Positions 1 through 7,503 are shown, counted from the first letter of the stretch. The stretch: 36,078 nucleotides of DNA from Verrucomicrobiota bacterium (GCA_003219435.1 QHOW01000064.1:1-36078), one strand, 5' to 3'. Made by a program: numbers and translations. Notes: generated by a model from the letters alone, not told the origin.

Positions 1-284
1 AATTGCTCGGTGAACTTGTCCAGCGGCACTTTGGCTTCGCGGGCGCCGCGGATCGTTTTGTCGTCCACGTCGGTGATGTTCATCACGCGATGCACCTTGT
101 AACCGCGCAGCTCGAGATGGCGCTGGAGCAAATCTTCGAAGATGTAGGCGCGGAAATTTCCGATGTGCGCCCGGCTGTAAACGGTTGGGCCGCATGTGTA
201 GATACTGATCGGACGTTCGGCGGGATCGCGCGGTTCGAATTGTTCGATCTCGCGCGAGTAGGTGTTAAAAAAGCGCAGGGACAT
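1..284 (-). CDS. cysS: Cysteinyl-tRNA synthetase, N-terminal 94 codons; the gene runs off the left edge of the window
   Basis: Hand translation of the minus strand from ATG at 284..282 gives MSLRFFNTYSREIEQFEPRDPAERPISIYTCGPTVYSRAHIGNFRAYIFEDLLQRHLELRGYKVHRVMNITDVDDKTIRGAREAKVPLDKFTEQ. It carries the class I HIGH signature (HIGN) and the NITDVDDK block typical of CysRS. It has no stop inside the window, so it is missing from the ORF track. The listed 3..302 + ORF is its antisense shadow. Confidence 0.85.
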   Translation of the reverse strand, partial: MSLRFFNTYSREIEQFEPRDPAERPISIYTCGPTVYSRAHIGNFRAYIFEDLLQRHLELRGYKVHRVMNITDVDDKTIRGAREAKVPLDKFTEQ

Positions 285-294
285 GTTCTGTCAA

Positions 295-367
295 TGGAGT
301 GATGGAGTAGCGGAGTATTGGAGTGATAGAAAGATCTGACTGCATTACTCCATTACTCCATCACTCC
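295..367. repeat. GGAGT-rich imperfect hairpin element, copy 1, between the ispF stop and the cysS start
   Basis: TGGAGTGATGGAGTAGCGGAGTATTGGAGTGAT (295..327) faces CATTACTCCATTACTCCATCACTCC (343..367). Positions 296..309 pair perfectly with 354..367 (14 bp). GGAGT cores recur every 7-9 nt. The right arm overlaps the ispF stop codon. Confidence 0.75.
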
Positions 368-837
368 GTTTCCACCGTCGCCACCGCCATTGCCGCGATA
401 CCTTCGTTGCGTCCGATCGCGCCGAGCTTTTCATTTGTGGTCGCTTTCACGCTGACATTCGAATCCGAAATGCCAATCGCGTCGGCGATTGTTTTTCGCA
501 TCTCGTCAATGCATGGCGCAAGTTTCGGCGCTTCGGCGATAATAGTTGCATCGATATTCACCACGCGGGCTTTTTTCTCCGCGAGCAATTTGGTCACCCG
601 TTTCAAAATCTCGATGCTGCTCATGCCGCGAATTGATTGGTCTGTATTGGGAAAATGTTGGCCGATGTCGGCCGCGGCAATCGCGCCGAGCAGCGCATCC
701 GCGATTGCGTGCGATAAGACGTCCGCGTCCGAGTGTCCTTCCAGTCCGTGCGAGTATGTGATCTCGACTCCGCCAAGAATCAGTTTTCGTCCCTTGACAA
801 GACGATGCACGTCGTAGCCGATTCCACATCGAATCAT
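361..837 (-). CDS. ispF: 2-C-methyl-D-erythritol 2,4-cyclodiphosphate synthase
   Basis: 158 aa ORF with IGYDVHRL, GHSDADVLSHAIADALLGA and DIGQHFP blocks characteristic of IspF. Confidence 0.95.
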   Translation of the reverse strand: MIRCGIGYDVHRLVKGRKLILGGVEITYSHGLEGHSDADVLSHAIADALLGAIAAADIGQHFPNTDQSIRGMSSIEILKRVTKLLAEKKARVVNIDATIIAEAPKLAPCIDEMRKTIADAIGISDSNVSVKATTNEKLGAIGRNEGIAAMAVATVETE

Positions 838-848
838 GGCTTCGCCGC

Positions 849-888
849 GTTGAATCGTTGAATCGTTAAATCGTGAACTCGTAAATTC
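849..888. repeat. Tandem array of five degenerate 8-mers (GTTGAATC), with no inverted partner
   Basis: GTTGAATC GTTGAATC GTTAAATC GTGAACTC GTAAATTC read directly in the spacer between the phosphatase gene stop and the ispF start. It is the reverse complement of the GATTCAAC units at 24716..24741. Confidence 0.8.
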
Positions 889-892
889 ATCG

Positions 893-1639
893 TCACAACT
901 TGAGATCGATCACGCCGTTAGAGGCGACAATTCTGTATTTGCCTTTCATGTCTTCGCGCGGCCGAAGATCGACACGGCCGCCGGCGTTTTCAACCAGGAG
1001 CCATCCAGCTGCGATATCCCACAAGCTAATTCCCTGCTCAATGTAGGCGTCGAAACGTCCACATGCGACGTAAGCCAGGTCGAGCGCAGCGCTGCCGAGG
1101 ACGCGGCATTTGCGCACGCGATGAATCATTTCCTGGAGTAGCGGAAGGTTCGCGTTGATTGTCTCTCCGGTCTTGGCAAGCCCGACCGAAATCACGGCTT
1201 CAGCCAGGTCCGCGCGCTCGCTCACGTGAAAGGGCTGGCCATTTAATTTCGGGACTGCGCCTTTTTGTCCTGACCACATCTCCTCACGGACTGGATCGTA
1301 AATGACGCCCACCATGATCTCGCTGCCGACACGTAGCGCGATTGAAACGCAAAAATGCGGAATGCCGTAAAAATAATTGACGGTGCCATCAAGCGGATCG
1401 ACGACCCATTGATGCTCGCTGGATTGATCGCCCACGATCCCTTCTTCGCCATAAAGCGCGTGGCCGGGAAATTCCTCGAGGAGCAATTTGGCAATTAACT
1501 CCTGCGCCTGAACATCAATTTCCAGTTTAATGTCGTGCGCATGAGCGGAATTAACGCGCAGTGGCCGCTGAAAATTTTGACGAAGCAGTTCGCCGGCGGC
1601 ACGTGCCGCTTTCTCGGCCGTATCGAGATAATGCTTCAT
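893..1639 (-). CDS. Inositol monophosphatase family protein (SuhB/CysQ-like)
   Basis: WVVDPLDGTVNYFYGIPHFCVSIAL and other IMPase motifs. The ORF track starts at 1678, but MKHYLDTAEKAARAAG (ATG at 1639..1637) matches the usual family N-terminus. Confidence 0.85.
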   Translation of the reverse strand: MKHYLDTAEKAARAAGELLRQNFQRPLRVNSAHAHDIKLEIDVQAQELIAKLLLEEFPGHALYGEEGIVGDQSSEHQWVVDPLDGTVNYFYGIPHFCVSIALRVGSEIMVGVIYDPVREEMWSGQKGAVPKLNGQPFHVSERADLAEAVISVGLAKTGETINANLPLLQEMIHRVRKCRVLGSAALDLAYVACGRFDAYIEQGISLWDIAAGWLLVENAGGRVDLRPREDMKGKYRIVASNGVIDLKL

Positions 1640-1763
1640 GATAAGAACTACCTCGCACAACGGGCGCAGAGTGCGCAACGGAAAATGAGATAACGCAGCC
1701 CAGCGGCGAGCGTGCGATTTGTGTGGTGGACCATGGAAGTGCAGAGAGGATTACCCGCATCAC

Positions 1764-1798
1764 AAAAAAACCGGGAGGAAAATAAATTCTCCTCCCGG
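1764..1798 (-). terminator. Intrinsic terminator oriented for minus-strand transcription, at the end of the yicC-gmk-coaC-coaB unit
   Basis: 9-bp stem CCGGGAGGA (1771..1779) / TCCTCCCGG (1790..1798) with a 10-nt loop. On the minus strand it is followed by a run of seven T (A at 1764..1770 on +). Confidence 0.75.
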
Positions 1799-1856
1799 GT
1801 TGAAGTTAGGGGTTGTGGCTCCGAAAGCTTTCGGAGCCGTTATCGAGCGTTGGGCC

Positions 1857-1913
1857 TTAGTGCCTCTTTTTCTTCGCTGTTTTTTTCTTTGCTGCTTTTT
1901 TTTTCTTTGCCAT
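1857..1913 (-). CDS. Candidate 18-codon lysine-rich micro-ORF (MAKKKKAAKKKTAKKKRH)
   Basis: Hand translation gives ATG GCA AAG AAA AAA AAA GCA GCA AAG AAA AAA ACA GCG AAG AAA AAG AGG CAC TAA. A purine-rich SD-like AAAGGGGGGAA ends about 10 nt upstream of the ATG. Downstream come a 22-nt perfect palindrome (1817..1838) and the terminator at 1764..1798. It is too short to appear in the ORF track, and coding status is unproven. Confidence 0.3.
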   Translation of the reverse strand: MAKKKKAAKKKTAKKKRH

Positions 1914-1999
1914 CGACTCTATTCCCCCCTTTCAATCCGCAACGTGCGGAGAGATGTGAAGAGTTGGGAATGACTTCACTTACACGGGTTCAGTAATCA

Positions 2000-2653
2000 T
2001 CACATTTTTTTTGTCAAACATTTTTCTCGCGAATTTGCTAATATTTTTACGAGCTCGCGCGCGATAATTTTTTTTGATGCGCGCGAGATTTTCTTCTTTT
2101 CGCCGTTGCGAAAGAAGATTGTCACTTCGTTTGCGTCGGTTTCCATCCCTGAATCTGCGCGGCTCACATCGTTCGCCACGATGATGTCGCAATTTTTCGC
2201 GCGTAGTTTTTGTCTCGCGTTTTCTTCGATGTCATTCGTTTCCGCGGCGAAACCAACGAGGAGAAATTCGCGCCCTTGTTTGGAGAGCGACGCGAGAATG
2301 TCGCGTGTGGGAACCAATTCGAGCGAAAGAGTTTCATTGCGTTTCTTAATTTTCGTCCGGGAAACCTTTTGCGGTTTGTAATCGGCCACAGCAGCGCACA
2401 TCACGAGCACGTCGCATTCGCGCGCGTGGCGATGGACTGCGCTGTACATTTGGTCGCCGGTCGAGACCGAGATGACATGCGCGCTGCGAGGCGGATCGAG
2501 ATTCACCGGGCCGGAAATTAAAGTGACATCGTGTCCGGCTTCGAGCGTCGCTTCGGCGATGGCGTAGCCCATTTTCCCTGAAGAGCGATTCGAAATGTAA
2601 CGAACCGGATCGATCGGCTCGCGGGTCGGGCCGGCCGTGATGAGAAATCTCAC
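2000..2653 (-). CDS. coaB: Phosphopantothenate-cysteine ligase (CoaB domain encoded as a separate ORF)
   Basis: ITAGPTREPIDPVRYISNRSSGKMG signature of the CoaB half of Dfp/CoaBC. It has a GTG start that overlaps the coaC stop as GTGA. Confidence 0.9.
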   Translation of the reverse strand: MRFLITAGPTREPIDPVRYISNRSSGKMGYAIAEATLEAGHDVTLISGPVNLDPPRSAHVISVSTGDQMYSAVHRHARECDVLVMCAAVADYKPQKVSRTKIKKRNETLSLELVPTRDILASLSKQGREFLLVGFAAETNDIEENARQKLRAKNCDIIVANDVSRADSGMETDANEVTIFFRNGEKKKISRASKKIIARELVKILANSREKCLTKKM

Positions 2654-3210
2654 GCGATCAAATTATCCTGGCGCGCGAGGAGGAATTCGGCGCGAAACGC
2701 GATATCGTTCACTTTCCAAAGCCGGCCGAGACCTTCGTAACCACACGCCAGCATTCCTTCTTCGGGTCCAATAAACTCAGCACCGCGGGCTTTTAGTTTT
2801 TCCACGTTCTCTACCGTCGCAGAGTGTTGCCACATTTTTCCATTCATGGCGGGCGCGAGCAGAATCGGCGCGCGGGTGGCGAGCGCGATGGCGGCGAGCG
2901 GATGATCAGCCAGACCATGCGCAAGTTCGGCGATGATGTGCGCCGTGGCCGGCGCGATCAAGAGCAGGTTTGCCCGATCGGCGAGCTCGATGTGACTCGG
3001 CCGCCAATTTTCTTTCTCGTCGTAGAAGCTTGTTGTCACGGGGTTTTTCGCAAGCGTCTGCAATGTAAGCGGGGAAATAAACTCAGTCGCGTCACGCGTC
3101 ATCACGACAAAAACTTCATGGCCTTGTTTGACGAGCAGACTGGCGAGCTCCGCGGATTTATAGGCGGCAATTGAGCCCGTGACTCCGAGCACGATACATT
3201 TTCGATCCAT
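2650..3210 (-). CDS. coaC: Phosphopantothenoylcysteine decarboxylase (CoaC flavoprotein domain as a separate ORF)
   Basis: MDRKCIVLGVTGSIAAYKSAELASLLVKQGHEV flavoprotein fold signature. The start was moved to the ATG at 3210..3208, because the 311-aa track ORF would overlap gmk by about 270 nt. Confidence 0.88.
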   Translation of the reverse strand: MDRKCIVLGVTGSIAAYKSAELASLLVKQGHEVFVVMTRDATEFISPLTLQTLAKNPVTTSFYDEKENWRPSHIELADRANLLLIAPATAHIIAELAHGLADHPLAAIALATRAPILLAPAMNGKMWQHSATVENVEKLKARGAEFIGPEEGMLACGYEGLGRLWKVNDIAFRAEFLLARQDNLIA

Positions 3211-3232
3211 TCGACTGGCGCTCAGGACAGGT

Positions 3233-3267
3233 TTTTCGATTTTCGATTTCGGGTTTTCTTTTTTCAA
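3233..3267. repeat. Tandem array of five degenerate 7-mers (TTTTCGA) in the gmk-coaC spacer
   Basis: TTTTCGA TTTTCGA TTTCGGG TTTTCTT TTTTCAA read directly. Confidence 0.75.
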
Positions 3268-3317
3268 GGCTTGTTCTGAACTTGGTCGAAGGATCGACAA
3301 TTTATTCGCGAATCCGA

Positions 3318-3929
3318 TTACTTCTGAACCAAACGCCGGCTCAAATAACTCTCCGCGCTCATGATCCGCCGGAGCTTCTGCAAATCCTCTTCGACCGAAC
3401 CACTGATCACAGTGTAACGGTAACTGCGCCATAATTCCATTTCGCGCGCGGCTGTGGCGACACGCGATTCGATCTGCTGAGCCGTTTCCGTTCCACGCTT
3501 GTGCAGACGCCGGCGTAATTCTTCGTGATCGGGAGGCATAATAAATATGTCGCTCAACGCTTCGCGAATGAATGGATCGTCGCAATTGCGAATGGCGGCT
3601 GCGCCTTGCGTGTCGATGTCTATTAACACATCCACTCCACTTTTTAAGTTGGCAAGCACTGGCTCGCGCAATGTTCCATAATAATCGCAGTGCACACGCG
3701 CGTGTTCTAAAAAATCGCCGGCTTCAACTCGCGCGCGAAAATCTTTATCGGAAAGAAATTGATAATCTTCGCCGTCAATTTCACCTGTGCGCGGCGCCCG
3801 CGTCGTGCAGGAGACAGAATAAAAAAGGTTGGGAGTTTGGCGAAGCTTTTCGACCAGCGTGGTCTTGCCTGCGCCCGATGGCGCAGAAATGAGAAAGAGA
3901 ATTCCGTGGCGGCTGAATTGTTTACTCAA
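3318..3929 (-). CDS. gmk: Guanylate kinase
   Basis: P-loop SAPSGAGKTTL and the CTTRAPRTGEIDGEDYQF block. It overlaps the yicC stop by 8 nt. Confidence 0.95.
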   Translation of the reverse strand: MSKQFSRHGILFLISAPSGAGKTTLVEKLRQTPNLFYSVSCTTRAPRTGEIDGEDYQFLSDKDFRARVEAGDFLEHARVHCDYYGTLREPVLANLKSGVDVLIDIDTQGAAAIRNCDDPFIREALSDIFIMPPDHEELRRRLHKRGTETAQQIESRVATAAREMELWRSYRYTVISGSVEEDLQKLRRIMSAESYLSRRLVQK

Positions 3930-4797
3930 GATTTTGGACCTGCTCCCGAATCTTCTCCAATTCCGCTTTGCAGGCGACCACGCGCTGCGAAATGGCGGCG
4001 TCGTTGGCTTTCGCGCCGAGAGTATTGAGCTCGCGAAAGATTTCCTGAGTCATGAACTCCAGCGCGCGCCCGACCGGCTCGTTCCTGCGCAGATGATGCG
4101 CGAATTGCGCAAGGTGACTTTCCAGGCGCGTCAATTCTTCCGAGACGTCGGCACGGTCGGCGAAGAAAGAAATTTCCTTCAACAAACGTTCGTCGTCGGT
4201 GGCAATGGGTAGCCCGGTCTTTTGAATCCGATCGAGAAGCGCCGCGCGATATCTTTTGACCACGTCGGGATGAAGCGCGCGAACCTCCTTCAGTTTTTTC
4301 CGGATCGCTTTCAGACGATGGATCAAGTCCTTGGCCAGATGTTTGCCCTCGCGCTCTCGCATTTTGATTAAATCGGCAAGCGCGGCCCGCAAAGCGCGGT
4401 CGATCGCAGGCCATGCTTCTTCCGCACGTACAGCTTGTTCCGGGAAGCGCATTACCCCTGGCGCTTGAAGGATAGTGCTGATCGTGATTTCGCCTGGCGC
4501 ATTTAATTCCTTTTGCAATGCGCGCATTGCTTCGTGGTAAGAGCGTGCCAGCTCGGTATCGAGCGCCAGGTTGCGCGCGCCATTTCCGCCGCTGTGAAAG
4601 GTGATGTTGGCATTCGTCCGGCCGCGCGAAATACTTTCATTGATGGTCTGGCGAATGCGCGGCTCGAGTTCGGCCAGGTCGCGTGGCAAATTGATCACGA
4701 TATCGCTCTGCTTGCGATTTACGGAATTGAGCTCGACGCTAAATTTTGTCCCCCGATGATCGGTCTCGGCGCGGCCATATCCGGTCATGCTTCTCAT
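3922..4797 (-). CDS. yicC: YicC family stress-induced protein (UPF0701)
   Basis: N-terminus MRSMTGYGRAE and C-terminal KAELEKIREQVQNLE are typical of YicC. The start is chosen at M18 of the track ORF (ATG 4797..4795); 4788 or 4848 are alternatives. Confidence 0.85.
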   Translation of the reverse strand: MRSMTGYGRAETDHRGTKFSVELNSVNRKQSDIVINLPRDLAELEPRIRQTINESISRGRTNANITFHSGGNGARNLALDTELARSYHEAMRALQKELNAPGEITISTILQAPGVMRFPEQAVRAEEAWPAIDRALRAALADLIKMREREGKHLAKDLIHRLKAIRKKLKEVRALHPDVVKRYRAALLDRIQKTGLPIATDDERLLKEISFFADRADVSEELTRLESHLAQFAHHLRRNEPVGRALEFMTQEIFRELNTLGAKANDAAISQRVVACKAELEKIREQVQNLE

Positions 4798-4887
4798 AAC
4801 TCGCTCTTTCTTCTGCGCTGCCGGGGCCATCGGTTTTGTTTCGGCCACAACATTTTGGCGAACATGAAAAGGTTATCGCAGAGTCAG

Positions 4888-4915
4888 GTTCAACGTTCAA
4901 CACTCAACGTCGAAC
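4888..4915. repeat. Tandem array of four degenerate 7-mers (GTTCAAC) in the mutY-yicC spacer
   Basis: GTTCAAC GTTCAAC ACTCAAC GTCGAAC read directly. Confidence 0.75.
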
Positions 4916-4926
4916 ACCCAGCCTGG

Positions 4927-5916
4927 TCACCCAGGACGCTTTGAGAGCAGTGCGGCGATTGCCCGGCGGTGTGGTGAAGGCACCGGAAGAGATTCGAGTG
5001 AATTGACTCTCATCCAGCGCTGCGAGCGATTTTCGATCTTCTGCCGGCGCTGCGCGTAAACGTTCAACGCGACGCGATGGTTCGTGAACGGAAAGATCGA
5101 CTTGTACGCCGGACGGCGATTTGCCGATCTCCTTTTCAACGGCGGCAGGATCCACATGCCGCGCCAGCGATGATCGGATTGCTGCAGTAAAATCCTCTTT
5201 TGTCTGGTAACGAACGCATGATGCTCTGTTAGCCGCAATGTCGGAGGTCGCGCTTTTTTTATCGGAAGAGTTTCCGGATCTTTTGCACGACAGAATTTTT
5301 TGACCGGACAAATCCCGCATTTTGGCTGACGCGGCAGGCAAATCAGCGCGCCCAGATCGGTAAGCGCCGAATTGTAAATGTGCGCAGAAGATTTCGGAAC
5401 CAGGGAAAGAGCACGCTGCCAGAGGAATTCGCGACCGGGCATTTGATCGATTCGCTCTCGCAGATCGAAGATGCGCGCCAAAACACGGGCCGTATTGGCC
5501 TCGACAATGGGGACTGATTCATCGAAGGCGAATGTAGTGACAGCATTCGCCGTGTACCGGCCGATGCCCGGAAGCTTCTGCATTGTCGCGATCGTGCGCG
5601 GTAAAATTCCGTCGTATCGATCTTGCACGATTTTAGCTGCGGCGTGGAGATTACGCGCGCGAGCGTAATAACCGAGGCCTTGCCAGGTGCGGAGAACCTG
5701 ACTTTCCGACGCGCGAGCAAGTGTTCCGAAATCCGGAAAGCGGCGGAGCCACTCATTATAATAAGGAATCACGCTGGCAACTTGTGTCTGCTGCAGCATA
5801 CATTCGGACACGAGGATCGCGTACGGATCGCTGGTCTCGCGCCAAGGCAGCTTGCGGCCGTTCCGGCGGTACCAATTTACAAGCGCGCGTCGGAAGTGAT
5901 TTGTTCGGAAAGCCAC
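4927..5916 (-). CDS. mutY: A/G-specific adenine DNA glycosylase
   Basis: LQQTQVASVIPYYNEWLRRFP helix-hairpin-helix region, GLGYYARARNL, and the Fe-S cluster loop CLPRQPKCGICPVKKFC. The start is uncertain. I prefer the GTG at 5916..5914 (VAFRTNHFRRALVNWY) because the ATG at 6015 would read through a repeat element and overlap rnhC. Confidence 0.85.
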   Translation of the reverse strand: MAFRTNHFRRALVNWYRRNGRKLPWRETSDPYAILVSECMLQQTQVASVIPYYNEWLRRFPDFGTLARASESQVLRTWQGLGYYARARNLHAAAKIVQDRYDGILPRTIATMQKLPGIGRYTANAVTTFAFDESVPIVEANTARVLARIFDLRERIDQMPGREFLWQRALSLVPKSSAHIYNSALTDLGALICLPRQPKCGICPVKKFCRAKDPETLPIKKARPPTLRLTEHHAFVTRQKRILLQQSDHRWRGMWILPPLKRRSANRRPAYKSIFPFTNHRVALNVYAQRRQKIENRSQRWMRVNSLESLPVPSPHRRAIAALLSKRPG

Positions 5917-5923
5917 AGGTGGA

Positions 5924-5999
5924 CACAGATTAACACAGATGTCCGAACCCTGAATCCCAAACCCTTCTCTTATCCGTGTTTCATCTGTGTTAATCTGTG
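5924..5999. repeat. Perfect 18-bp inverted repeat filling the mutY/rnhC divergent spacer
   Basis: CACAGATTAACACAGATG (5924..5941) and CATCTGTGTTAATCTGTG (5982..5999) are exact reverse complements separated by 40 nt. Each arm ends 6-7 nt from the start codon of the gene it faces. Confidence 0.85.
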
Positions 6000-6005
6000 G
6001 CTTAA

Positions 6006-6968
6006 ATGAATTCATACACGCATCCGCTCACCGACGATCAGGTGAGCAAGCTGCGCGCGCTGCTCGCGGAGCTTGGATTCCAATTCGTGCCGAAGCAGTG
6101 GACGATTTTTTTCGCACAGAAGAACAAGTTGAGCGTCGCGGTTTACGAGAAAGGGCCCAAGATCCTCGTGCAAGGCAGGGGCGTGGAGGAGTTTGTCCAA
6201 TTCGAGTTGGAGCCGAAGATCCTTGGCGAAGCAAAGCTGGGCTACGAAGAGGTGCACTCCCCGGAAATGTTCGAGCCGCACTTCGGCGTGGACGAAAGCG
6301 GAAAGGGCGATTTTTTTGGGCCGCTCGTCATTTCGGGCGTATACGTCGACAGGGTAATTGCGCGGAAACTTCTCGATGCCGCTGTGCAGGACAGCAAGCG
6401 AATCGGCTCGGACGCGCGGATCCGCGCACTAGCTCAGACCATTCGCAAGAGCGCGAACGGTTTGGTCGAGACGGTGCTGATTGGTCCGCAAAAATACAAC
6501 GAGCTTTACGGGAAGTTCGGCAACTTGAACAAACTGCTCGGGTGGGGGCATGCGCGCGTGATCGAAAATCTGCTGGCAAAAAAATCGGATTGCCCGCGCT
6601 CACTCTCGGACCAGTTTGCCGATCCGCGTATGGTCGAGCAATCGTTGTTGCGGCACGGCCGCAAAATCAACATCGTCCAGCGGACGAAGGCGGAATCAGA
6701 TGTGGCGGTTGCGGCTGGCTCGATTCTGGCGCGTGAAGCTTTCATCAACTGGCTGGAGCGCCGAGGACAAGAGCTTGGATTCCGACTTGAGCGGGGAGCA
6801 TCTGCGAACGTAAAAGAGATCGCGAAAAAACTCGTGGAAATGAAGGGGCCGGGTGCATTGCGTGAGGTAGCGAAAGTGCATTTCCGAACCGCGCATGAGG
6901 TCGCGCCGAATTATTATGCGGCCCCGCCGCCACGCGACAATTGGCGAAGTAGGAGCGAACAGCTCTAG
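6006..6968 (+). CDS. rnhC: Ribonuclease HIII
   Basis: An N-terminal roughly 85-aa TBP-like domain is followed by an RNase HII-fold domain with GVDESGKGDFFGPLVISGVYV. Confidence 0.9.
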   Translation: MNSYTHPLTDDQVSKLRALLAELGFQFVPKQWTIFFAQKNKLSVAVYEKGPKILVQGRGVEEFVQFELEPKILGEAKLGYEEVHSPEMFEPHFGVDESGKGDFFGPLVISGVYVDRVIARKLLDAAVQDSKRIGSDARIRALAQTIRKSANGLVETVLIGPQKYNELYGKFGNLNKLLGWGHARVIENLLAKKSDCPRSLSDQFADPRMVEQSLLRHGRKINIVQRTKAESDVAVAAGSILAREAFINWLERRGQELGFRLERGASANVKEIAKKLVEMKGPGALREVAKVHFRTAHEVAPNYYAAPPPRDNWRSRSEQL

Positions 6969-7101
6969 GCATGATCGGAGCGGCGGAAAACTGCCATAGC
7001 GTTTCGCCTTGTTGTCCAGGAGGTTAGCCGAGCTATTTTTTTGGCTTTTATGCTTAATCTGACCACCGTTACGGCTACATGAAGCGATTAATAGAATAGA
7101 T

Positions 7102-7458
7102 ATGGCAAAGCTAACCAAGCGCGACATCGTTGTCGCCATCAGCAACCAAACCGGAATGGTCCAGCATAAAGTCTTTGATGTGGTCCAGCGCACACTCGAT
7201 AAAATCACCGATAGTTTGGCCAACAATATCCCCGTTGAACTGCGCAATTTCGGCGTTTTTCAGCCGCGGTTGACCAAGCCGCGCGTCGGGCGAAATCCGA
7301 ATCGACCCGGTAGTAGTTTCGTGATTCCGCCGCGAGTGACGGTGAAATTCAAGGCTGGCAAGATCATGCGCCAGCGTGTCGAGAAACTTTCGCGCCAGCT
7401 CAAGGAATCCGGCGAAGGACGTGAGAAAGCTGCCCTATCCAGCCCCGATACCGGGTAG
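7102..7458 (+). CDS. HU/IHF family DNA-binding protein
   Basis: RNFGVFQPRLTKPRVGRNPNRPGSSFVIPPRVTVKFKAGK matches the beta-arm region of IHF/HU. It has a charged C-terminal tail. Confidence 0.9.
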   Translation: MAKLTKRDIVVAISNQTGMVQHKVFDVVQRTLDKITDSLANNIPVELRNFGVFQPRLTKPRVGRNPNRPGSSFVIPPRVTVKFKAGKIMRQRVEKLSRQLKESGEGREKAALSSPDTG

Positions 7459-7503
7459 CCGAAATATTCCGCCAGAGACTGAACAGACGGTGGCTATCGC
7501 CGC

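Noticed and set aside
3-302. 99-aa + strand ORF at the left edge
   Set aside because: It is the antisense shadow of the clearly recognisable cysS N-terminus on the minus strand, and its sequence has no recognisable motifs.
3211-3585. N-terminal extension of the coaC ORF
   Set aside because: It overlaps gmk by about 270 nt. The flavoprotein fold begins at MDRKCIVLGVTG.
6696-7247. 183-aa minus-strand ORF spanning the rnhC end and the HU/IHF start
   Set aside because: It overlaps two well-supported + strand genes and has no motifs. It is likely spurious.
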